A stretch of 64,000 bases of DNA from Octopus sinensis (GCF_006345805.1 NC_042997.1:122140001-122204000); one strand, 5' to 3'; shown: positions 28,351-42,881, counted from the stretch's first letter. Numbers and translations: made by a program. The notes: generated by a model from the sequence alone, not told the origin.

Positions 28351-28518
28351 TTGTTGCAGCAAGCTCGTAATTATTCTTTCTGGAGATTTGGCTGATTGTG
28401 GCGTCCAGCTCTAGTTTGAAGCGGTCACGCTGTTTAGGATCCCGGTTGTGGTGCCCGATTGCATATCGAAAACCCGTGTGGTATGGCACCACATACTTTT
28501 CAACTTCAAAAATAGCAC
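28351..28518 (-). CDS. Internal exon of an AMPA/kainate-type ionotropic glutamate receptor (start of the amino-terminal LIVBP-like domain)
   Basis: Minus strand: pyrimidine-rich acceptor tattttgctatcattgtag|GT, donor ACAA|gtaagt, 168 nt, phase 1-1, open frame (G)AIFEVEKYVVPYHTGFRYAIGHHNRDPKQRDRFKLELDATISQISRKNNYELAAT. The GAIF...FRYAI..HN...F.L......NNYEL pattern and boundaries match, from my knowledge, GRIA-type exon 2 (GGLF...AFR......F.L......NSFAV). Confidence 0.85.
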
Positions 28519-28724
28519 CTACAATGATAGCAAAATATAGAACACAATTATTTATAATTGCCAACTGCAAGGTAGTATGGTATTGCATGTATAGCGTATA
28601 TTGTTTATGTTTAACATTGAATATAATGTTTCTGTCAAGGGATGTCAACTAGTGGAGAATGTATGGATGTTTAAGTTACCCATGGTTAGTGCTCACCTAT
28701 TTTAACATTCACAGGAACTGTGTT

Positions 28725-29135
28725 ATAGATTTCTTTATTAGCCGCGCAGGGCTGAACACAGAAGGGACAAAATACAAAGAAGAGCTTTCCTTTTTGCGAA
28801 AAAGAGAAGGAAAAAAACCCGATCAAAAGGGATCGTGAAAAAAAATGGGGGATGATCAATAGGGATTGTGTATCATAGAAATGACAATGTAAAAAGGGAA
28901 AACAGATTAGGTTTGTCCGTGGATAGAAAAAGCCTACGGAAAAGACCACGGGAACCTTGGGCAATAGTGTCATGCAAAAAGAAAACATTACAGTAAGTGG
29001 CTCTCTTTTTTCCTTTTGTTTTCTTTCTTTTTCATAGGATTATGCCCAAGCTGACTCTGTCATTCACAGGTGCCATCCTTGCTATAGTCACCCATCATTT
29101 TTCAAACATTCAGTAGACAAAACATCCCCCTCTAC
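28725..29135 (-). mobile_element. 5'-truncated copy of the same Tx1/L1-like LINE 3' end
   Basis: Shares aaaagcctacggaaaagaccacgg and ttctttattagcc with the 23931 copy. Confidence 0.7.
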
Positions 29136-30158
29136 TCTCACCTGCTGGTACTAAGCACAAAATTTAAGCCAAACACCATTAACAGGACTTTCTATTCCTT
29201 CGAAAGGGCGATTTTTAATAGAATACTTTGTACTATAAAAATACGTTTGGCAGGATTCACTTACATTGAGAATGCGCCACTCAAATGGGCATCGAATAAA
29301 GTCACAAACTGGAAAGGCAGCTAAATCTAAAATCACCTTAAATTTAATGTCAATAAAATTAGTTCAGGAATTTCCTAAAAACCACCGACATCGAAATACA
29401 TCTCGGCAAACATAAAATTTTCTAATTGAGTGTGATATGATGTCATATAACATCAATTTCTAGAAAATCTCCAGGTGCTGCTATTAAGTTACAGATGTGC
29501 CAGTAATGGCCACAACGTACTTTTATCTTCCTCTTGTAAGACACAAATTATCTGTAAAACTCTAATTTCAAAAACATTTTACAGCACAGTATACTAAGCT
29601 GAGATATCACTGTCTCTACAAGAAATATTTGTATCTAGCCATCTTCCGTCAGACATCTAGACTGAAGATAGAATTTCATTCAATCGTCACACCACACATA
29701 CGAAACTGTTAAAGTTTATCCACCGATCATCTAAGGGTATTTTGGGATCTAAAGCCTTGGTATATAATGCACGATGCGTTCCTCCTGGTGCTCTTCCCTG
29801 CAATTGTATGCAGATTATAGGTAACACTGCCAAGAGATTGTATACACTATTTTCAATCCAGGCCCTGGATAAACTCTAAATTCTTAGATTTATTTCCCAA
29901 ATATTAGCTACAACGCAACCGAATGCTTGAGTATATCTTCCAACAGCATAGAGAGTGATTACACATATGTCGATGGAGTTCATGACTGACGAATCGGTCC
30001 ATATTTTATTTTCCAATTGGACTGAATTATCTATCTATCTATCTGGCTGTCTTTCTGTCTCTTATATATATACATACACATTCACATGCACTTTTTGCCA
30101 TATATAAGTAACGTATATTTGGAGGAATATAGGAATAAATATTTTTGTATATTTCTCT

Positions 30159-30234
<76 letters not shown>

Positions 30235-30253
30235 GGTTATAAAATGATCTCTC

Positions 30254-30320
<67 letters not shown>

Positions 30321-32726
30321 GTGTGTGTGTGTGTCTGTGTAGAGACAGAGACAGAAGGAGATAGATAGAGAGAGACAGAGTAGAAAGAACATGCATATAT
30401 ATTCACACTTGTACTCACACATGTACACACATACAAACAAATACGCATGCAAATACACATACATTCGCACATGTGTACATAACAATATATGCTATTCAAA
30501 TTCTGCTCTTCCCAAGATTATATATGAAAATGAAATCATTATCTCTAGCGAATTCATTATTTTATGGTGTTATCTAATTTCGCTATTCCTGATCATGATC
30601 GTTCGAGTTACAACTCTTATTGGGCCATTAATTTTTCTGTAAAATACTCTATCTAATTTTCGGTATTTGTAAATCATGTCATGCCTATTTGAACGTATTT
30701 TCAAGACGTTGAATTTCACAGTAAACTTACTATTGACTTCTATGACGGTGATAATAAACGAGCTAGAACATTAAAATAAAATTTCCATATTTATCCATCA
30801 TAAAATAACACTGTGATAAATGGTGTTACGCATGAGAATGATTGCAATATTTGCTTTAACTGCAAAGTTAGCGAAATTTTAAAATGTTATTTTATGACTG
30901 TATCTCGTCTGTATTTTATGTGAATTCTGTTCACTGGTAAAATTTTTAGTGACTAATTTATCAACCGGCATGTGGTCGCTAAGATATTTCCTGTTATTGC
31001 TATGATTTATCGGGAAAACTGGCAGTTTCTTGAATAAAAACCAAAGAAACCTTCTCACTCAAATTGCGTAACTAGAATAACAGTTTTAGGAGCGACGAGT
31101 TTATTGATGCAAATGATCTGGTTATTTGCATTGCTGTCTTTAAGAAACCAATAAATCAATTAATATTTCACTTATTCAGGTGGAATAGGAAGTCAGATCA
31201 ATAAACTAGTGACCGAGAAGCGTAACAAGAAGTTGGAAAAACAATCAAAATCGAAAAGTAAACTGAATAATGTGAACTAGTCAAATACGAAGGATGTGAA
31301 GGAACACTTCATATATTTGAGTAGGGAATAGTAGCAACGGAAGAAAAATATCAGATTCTTCAACTCTATTTAAAGAAACTGTTTTTACACTCTTGATCTA
31401 AAAATTAAATGTTCTCCCAAATAGTTTGTTGTATTAAGAATCCAGTAAAGTTGTTTTATTACGGCGTCTAATAAAATTTTGATGTCTGGAGTGATATGAA
31501 AATGCAACAATGTTAAAATATATTGATGCTCATTATTTATTGTTAAACCTAGATAATATCTGACACATGGTTGCTCTCATATTTCTAATATCAACCTGTG
31601 CTTTTGATTACAAGATATTGAAGATTAACTCGAGAACTTTCTATACCTGCATAATAATAAAAAAAAAAAACGAGAAATTAATTTGAAATTTATAAGCATA
31701 ATCACGTTGAAGTTTTAGTCAATGCTTTGGTCTCTATACAACTTTATTACAATTGAAATGTGTTTGAATAATACACCACTGTCCTCTGACCAAGGGATCG
31801 AAACTTTAGAGTTTGTACATTATATGATGTTATAGTATAGAAAGCATGTGATAGATTATCAGAGAAATGTTAGCCAAAGGGGATTTCTTTGAAGTAGGAT
31901 TTTGATGCTACATTAGCCAACCTGATACATGAAATAGCTGTATCATACCTTGTTCAAGGTTAGATATTGACGGCGTTTGTTATGTTCTGAGAGAAGAAGA
32001 CAAGAAGAAGAAAGAAGCGATAGAGCTCTTGTAAAGACATCATAAGTAACTTAAGAGATCAGATCAACAAATATTACATAGTTAATGGCACCCATGTTAA
32101 ACATAAATGCTAAACACTTGCTACACAGTAGGCAGGAAACTCAGATTATATTGTCAATATATGTAACAAATAGCTATTTTAAAGAGGAATGAATAGGCAG
32201 CCTAACATATATAAGTATATATACACGTACAACATGAATTAACGCTCACATATACTGATGTATAATAACCATTATATATATATATATATATATACACAAA
32301 AGAGGAAAGCAAGATTGAATTTTCAGTTTCTTGAGACATATTCTCCCATTACAATTTCACCTACGGCTTCTTGGTTGGCTGGAATAAATCACCCTCCTGG
32401 CTTCCTTCGCTTTTATTTATAATTTTATTGATGAGAGAAATCGATTACTAGTAGCATACACCCATATATATATATAATCTGTGTGTGTTTGTGTAAGTAT
32501 ATATTCATATATATATAATGTATACATATGTATGTGTATGTACACATTTCACAAATCAGAACCAGCAGACAAGAGGCAGTTATTAACATACAACATATGG
32601 TATTGTCAGTGAAACCATACCATGAACTTTTCGCAGCAAATTTAATTAGACATCGTATGTATATATACATACATATATTATATACATGTGAGTGTGTGTG
32701 TATGTGAATATATACATACAGACGCA

Positions 32727-32780
<54 letters not shown>

Positions 32781-34320
32781 TGTGTGTGTGTGTGTGTGTG
32801 TGTGTGATCACGTATAATGTACGTGTGTATACAGACACACTTATAAGCAAATGATAATAGAGTGGGAGCTGGAGGAAAAAAGCTGTCGGTGATGGGGATA
32901 AACAACATGATGACCAAGATGTGCAATTCGACTGCGATGACGATGGGGATGCTACTGATATTGATTTACAATTTCCAATACAAAAACTCGATTATTGAAA
33001 CCATACACTCTTTGCTGAAGCTGCAAACCGCCGTTTACAAATCACCACAAGGGACCCTCTAATGCCAAACTCGTTCGGCGTACAAGTAGCAGCACCCAAA
33101 CCTCATTCAAAATAGAAGGTAAACATTAGAAAATGTAGGGCAGATGACTTAGATGAATTCGTGCCGTTATAAATCATATACTTATATCGCCTCTTTAATA
33201 AACTAATAAACTCCGTTCTCCATCACCCAAAGTTTACTTCATAAATTGTTCTATGAAATCATTGAAACAGATATGTATTCTCAAATATACATATTAAATT
33301 TGTAAATGTCATAGTATTTATTATTATATTGAGTATATATTTCAAGAGTTGTAAGAAGGTAATAAATGATTTAGAAGAACGTAGATTAGTTAAAGCGGTT
33401 TAAAACGTAATTTAGCGTTATCGAAGAAGTGTCATTACCTATGCTATATGTTGGTTTCTACCTAATGATTGAACAGCTTACACTCTTTGCAATGTATGGA
33501 TACATGTTGATCAAATTCTACAAGAAAAATACTTTAGCGAGGACATTACCAATTCTGATTCAATTTCTCTGTTAAATAGGCCCGTACCACATCTTCTTGG
33601 TCATACCTGGTACAGTGTTAGACAACCACTCATGTACGGAGGAAGAATATATTAAGTTTAGTTAAAATTCTTTTAGAAATAATTGAATATGCATTTTAAA
33701 CGGTACCTGCGTATGTAAGTATGTTTATTATATAACGATTTTACAACTAACCGTAGGCTGAATTTTTCGGGAAATTTTATCATCGATTCAGTTTTTTTTA
33801 GCAATATAAACTCGTATTTAATTTAGCAGCACTTAACTGATAAAAGTTTAAGAAGATAAACTTTGGATCTTGATCAAAGAATATACAAAGAGGAAATGAA
33901 GTGTTTCAAACTTTTAGTCTGGCTCTGTTTATACGGTGTACATAGGCTGGGAGTGAAACATAGATATCAAATTGTATTCAAGATATAAGCTTGCAGTAAT
34001 ACTTTTAATCTACGGTATAACTTTATTACAGATACACTCCAAAATTAAATGATTTAGAACAAAATAGGTCTGCTACACAGATATAATATTGGCTGTAATC
34101 TCAAGGAAAGATGTATCTCTATATATCTAGTGAAGTTTTTATTTTTGTCGGAGGAGGCTGAAAACAAATTCTCTCAAAATACTCTGATTAAATTCAAGCA
34201 ATGTAATACATTATCCAAGGAGTTCAGCAACATAGTCACATGCACATACACAGACACGCACACACGCATGCATACACATCCATACGTATGTATGTATGTA
34301 TAAACATACGTATATATTAT

Positions 34321-34611
34321 TTTACTTGTTTCAGTCATTTGACTGTGGTCATGAAGGAACACCACGTTTACTCGAACAAATCGACTCCAGGACTTATTCT
34401 ATCGGTGTATTGTGCCGAACCGCTATGTTACGGGGTCATAAACACACCAACATCGGTTGTTAGGTGGTGGTGGACACAGACACACACACACATATATGGC
34501 AGGCTTCTTTCAGTTTCCGTCTACCAAATCCACTCACGGTCGGCTCGAGGCTATAGTAGAAAATACTTGCTAAAGGTTTCATGCAGTGGAACTGGACCCA
34601 GAACCATGTGG
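34321..34611 (-). mobile_element. SINE family A
   Basis: Same body and tail as 50668-51134. Confidence 0.8.
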
Positions 34612-34612
34612 T

Positions 34613-34654
<42 letters not shown>

Positions 34655-34735
34655 CACATACAAACGTATATATGAATGTGTGTATATATCTATAAATGTA
34701 TATATATTTGTATATGTTTATATAAGTATGTATAC

Positions 34736-34822
<87 letters not shown>

Positions 34823-36856
34823 TATGTATATACCCTTGTATATATATGTGTGTGTATGTTTGTGTGAGTGTGTGCATGTGTATTAAATGTACCAGCAAGT
34901 TAATACGTATCTCGACGCATATCTACAATCACGTATCTCTGTACATACAGTCTGATTCTTTTAAATCAATCTCAACTGAAATATTTGCCGACTAATTTCT
35001 CTAATACATTTGTCTTCGCAGCTTTGACCAAAGAAAATAGATAATGTCAATAGAGAGTGAGATTTACATTAGCTTTGTTTCTCTCCAATTTCTTTGCTTT
35101 CAGTCTTCTAGATTAGCATCGGCCGTTAAGGAAGGCATCATTAGATGTCCCATTAAGAATAGAAAGAGATACACATTCAAGCGCATTAAGTAATAATAAA
35201 TGGATCGTTTCGGTTGGAATCTAGACGTTTTCTAAAGTAATACAGACGCGCGTGATTCTTAATTTCAGTCCCACGTGGCTACAATTTACTTTACTAGGTT
35301 ATTTCAGGGAAATTCCAAGCGAGCTAATAACTATTTTCGCCAATATTAATATGTTCTAGATGACAGAGCATATATATGTATATTTATTAATTCCCTGAAC
35401 AATGTATATCAACAAAAGCAATATTTAAATATCTTCATCTCTCACTTTGGAGAAAATGATTCTGTCTTTCTCTGATATTATGAATGTTTTATCTATGGTA
35501 AATTAACTCCATTCACATATATTTAACTGGAATGAGAAGAATGAATAAAATAATATATGCATGAGGTAGACAAACATACATAAAAACATAAATACACGTA
35601 TACACACACGCGGCTTGTCAACTCGATTTCACTTATCACCGCAGCCATATCCTTATAATAGCTTTGTTAGTATTTCTACCATGGGTCCTAAGGTACCTAC
35701 CATGTTATGATTTCATTTTAAAATCACTTTCTGAGAAATGAAGCGTATGATTTTGTGAAGAATCAAACTGGTAGCTTCTCTACCTCGTGAATTCAGCAAA
35801 AATGGTAGTAACTGAGCACAAATTTATACTTAAAGGTAGGGAGAAAGAACTGATTACTTGCTGACGTTGGAGCTCTACAGTTATGTGCATTATATTTTTC
35901 TCTGCAGATATACAGACTTCCATGGGTGACAGTCCTGTAATACTATTACTGAAAGTACAGGCGAAATTATTTCTGAGAAGTTCACCATACTGATCTATAC
36001 ATCTTGCAAGTTCGGTTTGTATGTTTCAACACTCGATGCTTAATAAGAAATTACTCGTACTGCAGGCTATTTTTTCTAGCCATGGCACACCAATCATTTC
36101 TGCTTAGTATGAAATGTTTGCTGTAAATATTGATAATGTTCAAGAAATTAAAGATGTTTTGTGTGATGTAATGAAATGTTTAGTTTGATTTTTGTTGGGG
36201 ACGCTTACCAAAAATGAATTTTACATAATTTGATCGCTCCGAAGCTTGAAATCATACAGACAAGTGACATCACCACACGTCACCTATGGTGTCCGATAAG
36301 ATGAGCTTCTTTGGTGAGCCACTCTGCATTCCCAAGGAGGTCTAAAAGATTTCAAATTGTTAAAAAAAAAAAAATCAGACTGAGTGCATTGCTGGTTTGC
36401 TGATACCAGATTCATATCTGTGATGAGTGTTGCATAGCGATGCGGTGATGCAAGCATCATAGATGTAAAGCATCGTGGCCAGTTTCTAGCCATTTCTCCA
36501 GATTCATTTCTATAGTATCACAAGCCTTCTGAAACTTCACGCATATTTGAGAGTCTGGGAAAACCACCCTGCAGGCAAAACAGTGAAAATACACAAAAAC
36601 ATTTCTTACATAAAGATCCGGTCCCTTAAAAAGTTATATATAGTATTACATGTCTCATCCAGGGTACGAGTAAATATTATTCGAATCTTTACAAGCTTAT
36701 TTCATGTTCAAATACAGTAGAAACAAAATAGGAGCAGTATATCTAGTATAGAGATAATTATATATATTTTATATAATCTTCAGAAAACATTCGATTCTGG
36801 ATAGTACTAATTATGAGAGGCTTAATACAAGCAGTGATGAAAGTGTGTGTGTGTGC

Positions 36857-36917
<61 letters not shown>

Positions 36918-38651
36918 ATAATATATATATACATATATATATACACATATACACAGAAGCCATAGTTCTTCAGTGCAGCACTGATGATGTTGTTTGCTGG
37001 ATCGCCGCTAGCATCGCCCAAGCTCGCAACAGAAGATTCAATTCTTTGCTGTCCCACTTTGGTGCCATCTTCGTTTTTGTAAGCCCAGAAGGGGAGGAAA
37101 TATATATATGAATGATGTTTTTGTCACTTCCAGAGCGTATTGAAATCCTTTTGTGTATGACATTTGGCCCACCCTCCTTGCGACAACGCAATCTTTAATC
37201 TAATGAAGATATCCTTGGCCTGAAGAGTAGCCGGTGATATACACCTCACTTCGATTTAATCGCGCTCTAATCTTGTTTTTTAGACAGAGCAGAGCGATAC
37301 TGGCTAGATTTACATATGTTATGTATGAGCTAAAATACAGAATATCATGCATAACATAACATTCATATATAACAGACACCTAAATATATTACCAAACAGT
37401 ACACTGATAGGTAACTTTTAGTTATTTTTAAATGCAACTTATATGCTCCTTTAAAAATAATCACATTTGTAATCGCGGATAGGTAATATCAGATTTTAAT
37501 TAACTAGAACTTTTTCCACATCCTTTTTGTGGAAATGTAGTTATACAGGATATATATACAATAGAGGCATAAATATGTTTCATGCACACACATACATATT
37601 GTATACAATACGCGTGTATACGCGTGCATAATAGAGCATGTATATTGTATATTTTTTTCATGTGTGTGTGATGGGCTTGCTGCGATTTGTTTTGTTCTGA
37701 AATCGACAAGCACCTAAAATATGGATTTCTGAAATTAAAAAAAAAAAAAAACACAAAAAAAAAACACAAAAACGATTTGTGTTTACATATATTCTGTCAT
37801 GATTCCCTATTTGGTTATACAGACAGATTAATATGCTTCTTACACGAATTATTATCAGAAATAAAAACAAGAAAGAACCTAATTCCAGGAGCACGTAATA
37901 ATATGTTACTATCGGATGTAATCCTCTAAATCCAAAGTGTCAAATCTGAAATAGGATTACAAAGAAATCTTTACATTGCCATCTTATATTCTACAGTTGA
38001 TATGATGTTGACAAGCAAATAACTAAGATGTTATACTTTCTTCTGTTGGTTCTATTTAATAAGATTAATTGACAATGGCAAATATTCAGGATTACAAGTT
38101 CAAGACAACAGTGTCAAGATGGAGGTCAACTTATCTATTATCTCACTTAGCAATAGTAAAAAAATAAAAAATCATACACACACACACGGACGCACGCGCA
38201 CACACATATATATATAAATACACGCGGGTCTGTTTATGTGTGTGTATACAGGAATGTATATGCATACGTCAATATATCTCAATATATAAGCATGTATATA
38301 AATTGATATATATCTGTGTGCGCGAGCGTTTGTATATATACGTGCGTGTGTGTTTACGTTTATAAGCATTGATATGCATCTATCTATATATATGTAATTG
38401 TATATATGTGTACACACACACACATACACACACGAACATACACACACACATGAAAATAATAAATAGTGACAAGGACGAAATTTGAAATATGATATCCAAC
38501 AATATAATTGATATCTGTCTACATCAATAGAGATCTGACGATCTCCTGGCAGGACTTTTCACCGAAGATTGCTAGGGTCATAGGTGGTAGGTCTTCTACA
38601 AAGTCAGCCTGCATTCTCCTTGATGCTGCACATAGAAAAAGTACATTCATA

Positions 38652-38704
<53 letters not shown>

Positions 38705-40270
38705 GTATATATATGTGTGTGTGTGAGTGCCACGTATCTTTATGTATACAGATACGTATCTGAATGTATGTCATACGAATTACATTATACGGCAGATCTA
38801 GAAGTATTGTGAAGAATGAATTTGTAACAACTATCTAAATACAATTTTCAAATGATTGTTACAAACACACCCGCGCATGTATTGAGTAAAAATTATCCTT
38901 ATACCATGGAGAAAATGCTTGATATATCACACACACTTTTGTCTTGAACCTACGTCTAAGATGTTCTCCTGGGACATCACTTAGCAGACTCGAGATAAAC
39001 TTGTGAAATGAAAAATTCTGTCGGTATTATGTACTAAATCGTGGAGAAGTCAGGAATATTTAGATATTTCATAATTTATATTTCTAATATGTCACATACA
39101 GTAAATAGTGCTACGCCGTGTGACTGAACTCGGAATCATGTATTAGGAAGAAAAAAATCATGTTGCACTCGAAATTCGAGTATAGTGAATTCAAATTAGA
39201 TATCACATAAGCGTCAGATGCAGTACACACCACATTCCATAGTACTGGTCGTCTACTATAAAAACACTGAGGAGTCTTGCAGTTATTTCTATATCAAATA
39301 ACGAAATGAATTTTACTCTCAACATTATATGCTAAATCGTGGACACACTGTCAATATTTAGTTATTTCACATATTACGATTCCAATATGTCATATAGAAG
39401 AAAAAATTCACATTGTTTATAACCCTTTTCCAATTTTAAACACTTTATAGACAGAATATATAATATTTATCTGCTGCAGAATACTGAATTTCTTCTCATG
39501 AACCTTAAAGACAACAATCCTGGCATACTAAAATTCAAGCATAATGTAACCCAGGGGGACTTAGTGAAGTGTTTTTACGTGAATTCGGTAGCTGTTATTG
39601 CTTCCGTTAGTCCGACTAGGTGGGGTAATAAACTGAATGTGAAATATAGTAAGACAGGTACATAAATATATTTCATATAGAATAGATCGTAAACACTTCT
39701 AATTTTCACACACTTATGTACATAATCTGCAACATGACAACTTAAATGTAGGAAACCTACATTGCGAGTTAAAACATGTTACCGATAAGTATTTTACACC
39801 AGTTTTAAATCACCAATATTTATGCCGCGAATGAATCCAAATTGTCTTTTACAAGGGAAAACACAGCAGCTTTAAGTTTTCATTTCCAACTCTTAAGAAA
39901 TGAGAATGAATTGGTCATCAATTATCAATACATTCTCATATGTAACCACGAATAGCAGATATTTAACGATCATTTTCGAAATACTCGGTACGTGATAAAG
40001 ATTACAGAAAGTTTAACTACCTGTAGAGATAAACTATATATATATCTATCTATATACCATGAGACATCATGGAGATGTGAAACAAATTTTACCGTTTTAA
40101 CCGTTCACTCTTCATAATAAAATATTTGCATATACCATTAAGAAAGTCTTATAGATATTTGGTGTCGCTCAAGAGTTGTACACGTAATAATTTCACTCGT
40201 GTGCGTGTGTGTGCGTGCATGTGCGCGCGTGTGCGCGTGCATGTGTGTGTTTATATGTATGCATATATAT

Positions 40271-40600
40271 GTTCCGGGTTCAATCCCACTGCGTGGCACC
40301 TTGGGCAAGTGTCTTGTACTATATATAGTACAATCCGTCAGAGTGGATTTGGTAGACAGAAACTGAAAGAAGCCCGTCGTTTTCATGTATATATATGTTT
40401 GTGTGTCTGTGTTTGTCCCCCCAACATCGCTTGACAACCGATGCTGGTGTGTTTACGTCCCCGTAACTTAGTGGTTCGGTAAAAGAGCCCGATAGAATAA
40501 GTACTAGGCTTACAAAGAATAATTCCAGAGGTCGCTTTGCTCAACTAAAGGCGGTGATCCAGCATGGCTCCAGTCAAATGACTGAAACAAGTAAAAGAGT
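40271..40600 (+). mobile_element. SINE family A
   Basis: gttccgggttcaatcccactgcgtggcacc...tgactgaaacaagtaaaagag. Confidence 0.85.
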
Positions 40601-40627
40601 ATGTATGCACACACGCACACACACATC

Positions 40628-40980
40628 TCTTACTTGTTTCAGCCATCTACAGCCCTGCTGGGTCATCACCTTGCAAAAGTTTTAGTCGAACGTATTGAAT
40701 CCACAACTTATTTTTAACAGTCTGGTACTTACTTAGTCGGTCATTTTTACCATACCGCTAATTTACGGAGACGTACACACACCACCGCCAGTTGTTACGC
40801 GAGGATGGGGGACAAACAGACAAAACGACACACGCAGACACAAAGACACACACACTCACACAGGTATGTATGACGAGCTTCTTTCGGTTTCCGTCTACCA
40901 GATCTACTCACAAAGCATTGCTCGGTTCCTTAACCTTGTCTAGCATCCCGCTGAAACTGAGCCGGAAACCGTGCGTTTGG
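40628..40980 (-). mobile_element. SINE family A, decayed; tail-to-tail with the previous copy
   Basis: ttacttgtttcagccat...gcttctttcggtttccgtctacc. Confidence 0.7.
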
Positions 40981-41241
40981 GGGATCTTTTCTATTCTGAA
41001 GCCAGTTTTTTCAAATTTTTCCTACTGAACCAAACAATTTGAAACTTCGTATACTGGTAGAATGTGTCAAAAGTAAACTTAATTGTAAACCAGAATGAAA
41101 ACGGAATTGTAACTTCTAAGTTTAACGTTGTTTAATAATTAGAATTTTAACCAATGATATTCCCTCATTCGGCTTTATTTTATTTACTCCGTCTCGACCA
41201 CCAATTTCGTGACGTATTAAACATCTTAAATGTAAACAAGC

Positions 41242-41549
41242 GTGTGTGAAGAGACAGAGAGAGTAATGTGTGAAAGAGAGAGATAACTGAAATTTTTTAC
41301 TCGGTGTACGTGTATATGTATGTCTGCATGTATGTGTGTGTGTATGTATGTGTAAGTATGTGTGTGTGTGTATGTATGTGTGTGTATGTATGTATGGCCG
41401 ATTCATCGTAATTACGATGAATCGGCCATACATACATAGATACATACACACACACACATACATGCAGACATACATATACACATACACCGAGTAAAAAATT
41501 TCAGTTATCTCTCTCTTTCACACATTACTCTCTCTGTCTCTTCACACAC
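41242..41549. repeat. Near-perfect palindrome with no spacer (centre 41411/41412)
   Basis: Centre ggccgattcatcgtaa|ttacgatgaatcggcc; outer unique arms almost identical, differing mainly in microsatellite length. Confidence 0.9.
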
Positions 41550-41807
41550 ACTAACAGAAGCACTTCACTTACACAACATACTGTCTCCCACACCCCATCA
41601 AACACACACACACACACACATGTACATCAATGCTTCCCCTAGACGGTAACTTCAAAGACAAACTTCCCTCGTCATAAAATCGCTTCCTCTTAGTCTCTTT
41701 CGCTCTCATTACTTATGTAAAAAAATAAAAGTTTTTTACGGAAATCGACGGAAAACTTGTGCTACGACAAGAGAAACTTCGCCGAAATTTAATATTAAAA
41801 AAGCAAA

Positions 41808-41876
41808 GAGCTGGCAGAAACGTTAGCACGCCGGGCGAAATGCGTAGCCGTATTTCGTCTGCCGTTACGTTCTGTG
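41808..41876 (+). mobile_element. SINE family B, 5' fragment
   Basis: gagctggcagaaacgttagcacgccgggcgaaatgcgtagccgtatttcgtctgccgttacgttctg. Confidence 0.75.
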
Positions 41877-42845
41877 TTTGTTTACAGTTTTCCGAACGTT
41901 AGTACGTCACAAAAGCGCTTTCTACGTCACACTAATAGAATGCAGTCAAGTTTTACACATGAAAACAAACAATCTGATTGGTTAAAATTCGCAGTTTTAA
42001 TCTACGATTAAAGTCATAAAATAGATTTTTCTCAAATAAACTAGTTCCAACCTGTGTCTTGTTTTGCTAGACTCTATCAGCATACGAAGTTTCAGATTAT
42101 TTAGTTAAGTAGAAAGATCTGTGGTCCTGGCTTCAGAATTGAAAAGATCCCGTTTGGGAAGCACAATTACGTTACACTCGAGATATAATGAATATAAGTA
42201 AGATATCGCATAAGCACCACATGAGGCAAACGATATTTCATTGTTGTGGTCGCCAAGGAACGACGTTGTATTGCGAAGAGATTTTTATAGGGAGAGCATA
42301 TTTTTCAACAACTGCGTTCATGCTTTTAATTTTACTGGTTTTAGTCAGGCTGGGAACCCTACTTGTGTGATTGCTAATTCATTTCAAATTCACTTCTTGT
42401 GGGTTCGAGGTCATTGTGAATTGTTGGGAAGAAGAAGAAGAATGTGGGAGTGCCATGACAGTAATATGTTGAATGGTCAGCCCCGAAAATGACCCGCTGT
42501 GAATGGTAGCAGTTACTGTTCAATTCCTGGAACATTTTGAATATTTTGTTTATAAATAGTGGCAAAGTTAGGAAGGAGAAAGAAGGATACAAAGAAGAAG
42601 AAGAAAGAGATGGGAGAATAAGAAGGAATGCAGGTAGTGTGAAAGTAGTAAGGTGTTAAATGTTCAAATGACTTAAAATTAGCACGTTATGGATTATAGC
42701 AGTGATTGGGACATATTTTTAATGAATTCTTGAGTGTATCATTATTTTGATATTTTCCTGTGTATTTGAGTTATTCTAAGGCCGCGGTGGATATGTCGTT
42801 TGCCGTAGAAGCGTTCTGTATTTTGTAATAAAAAGAATCCCTTTA

Positions 42846-42881
<36 letters not shown>

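Larger units (their letters stand above)
40981..42151. mobile_element. Decayed non-autonomous DNA transposon-like element with long imperfect terminal inverted repeats
   Basis: 40981-41155 (gggatctttt..ttctgaagccag..gaaacttcgtat..aattttaaccaat) matches the reverse complement of 41977-42151. Confidence 0.55.

Noticed and set aside
32862-33062. 66-aa Met-rich plus-strand ORF
   Set aside because: Driven by GAT-rich low complexity; no domain or splice support.
33439-33457. Possible 19-nt microexon KPTYSI(G) that would join GAIF in phase
   Set aside because: The acceptor has no polypyrimidine tract; such matches are expected by chance.
36407-36568. Strong minus-strand acceptor (ttttgcctgcag) suggesting an iGluR exon
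   Set aside because: All three frames hit stops; no iGluR similarity.
36960-37100. GC-richer segment with protein-like frames on both strands
   Set aside because: No consistent splice-site pair and no recognisable domain.
38519-38625. Minus-strand acceptor plus frame SRRMQADFVEDLPPMTLAIFGEKSCQEIVRSLLM*
   Set aside because: The only open frame ends in a stop and lies upstream of the ATD exon; no recognisable homology.
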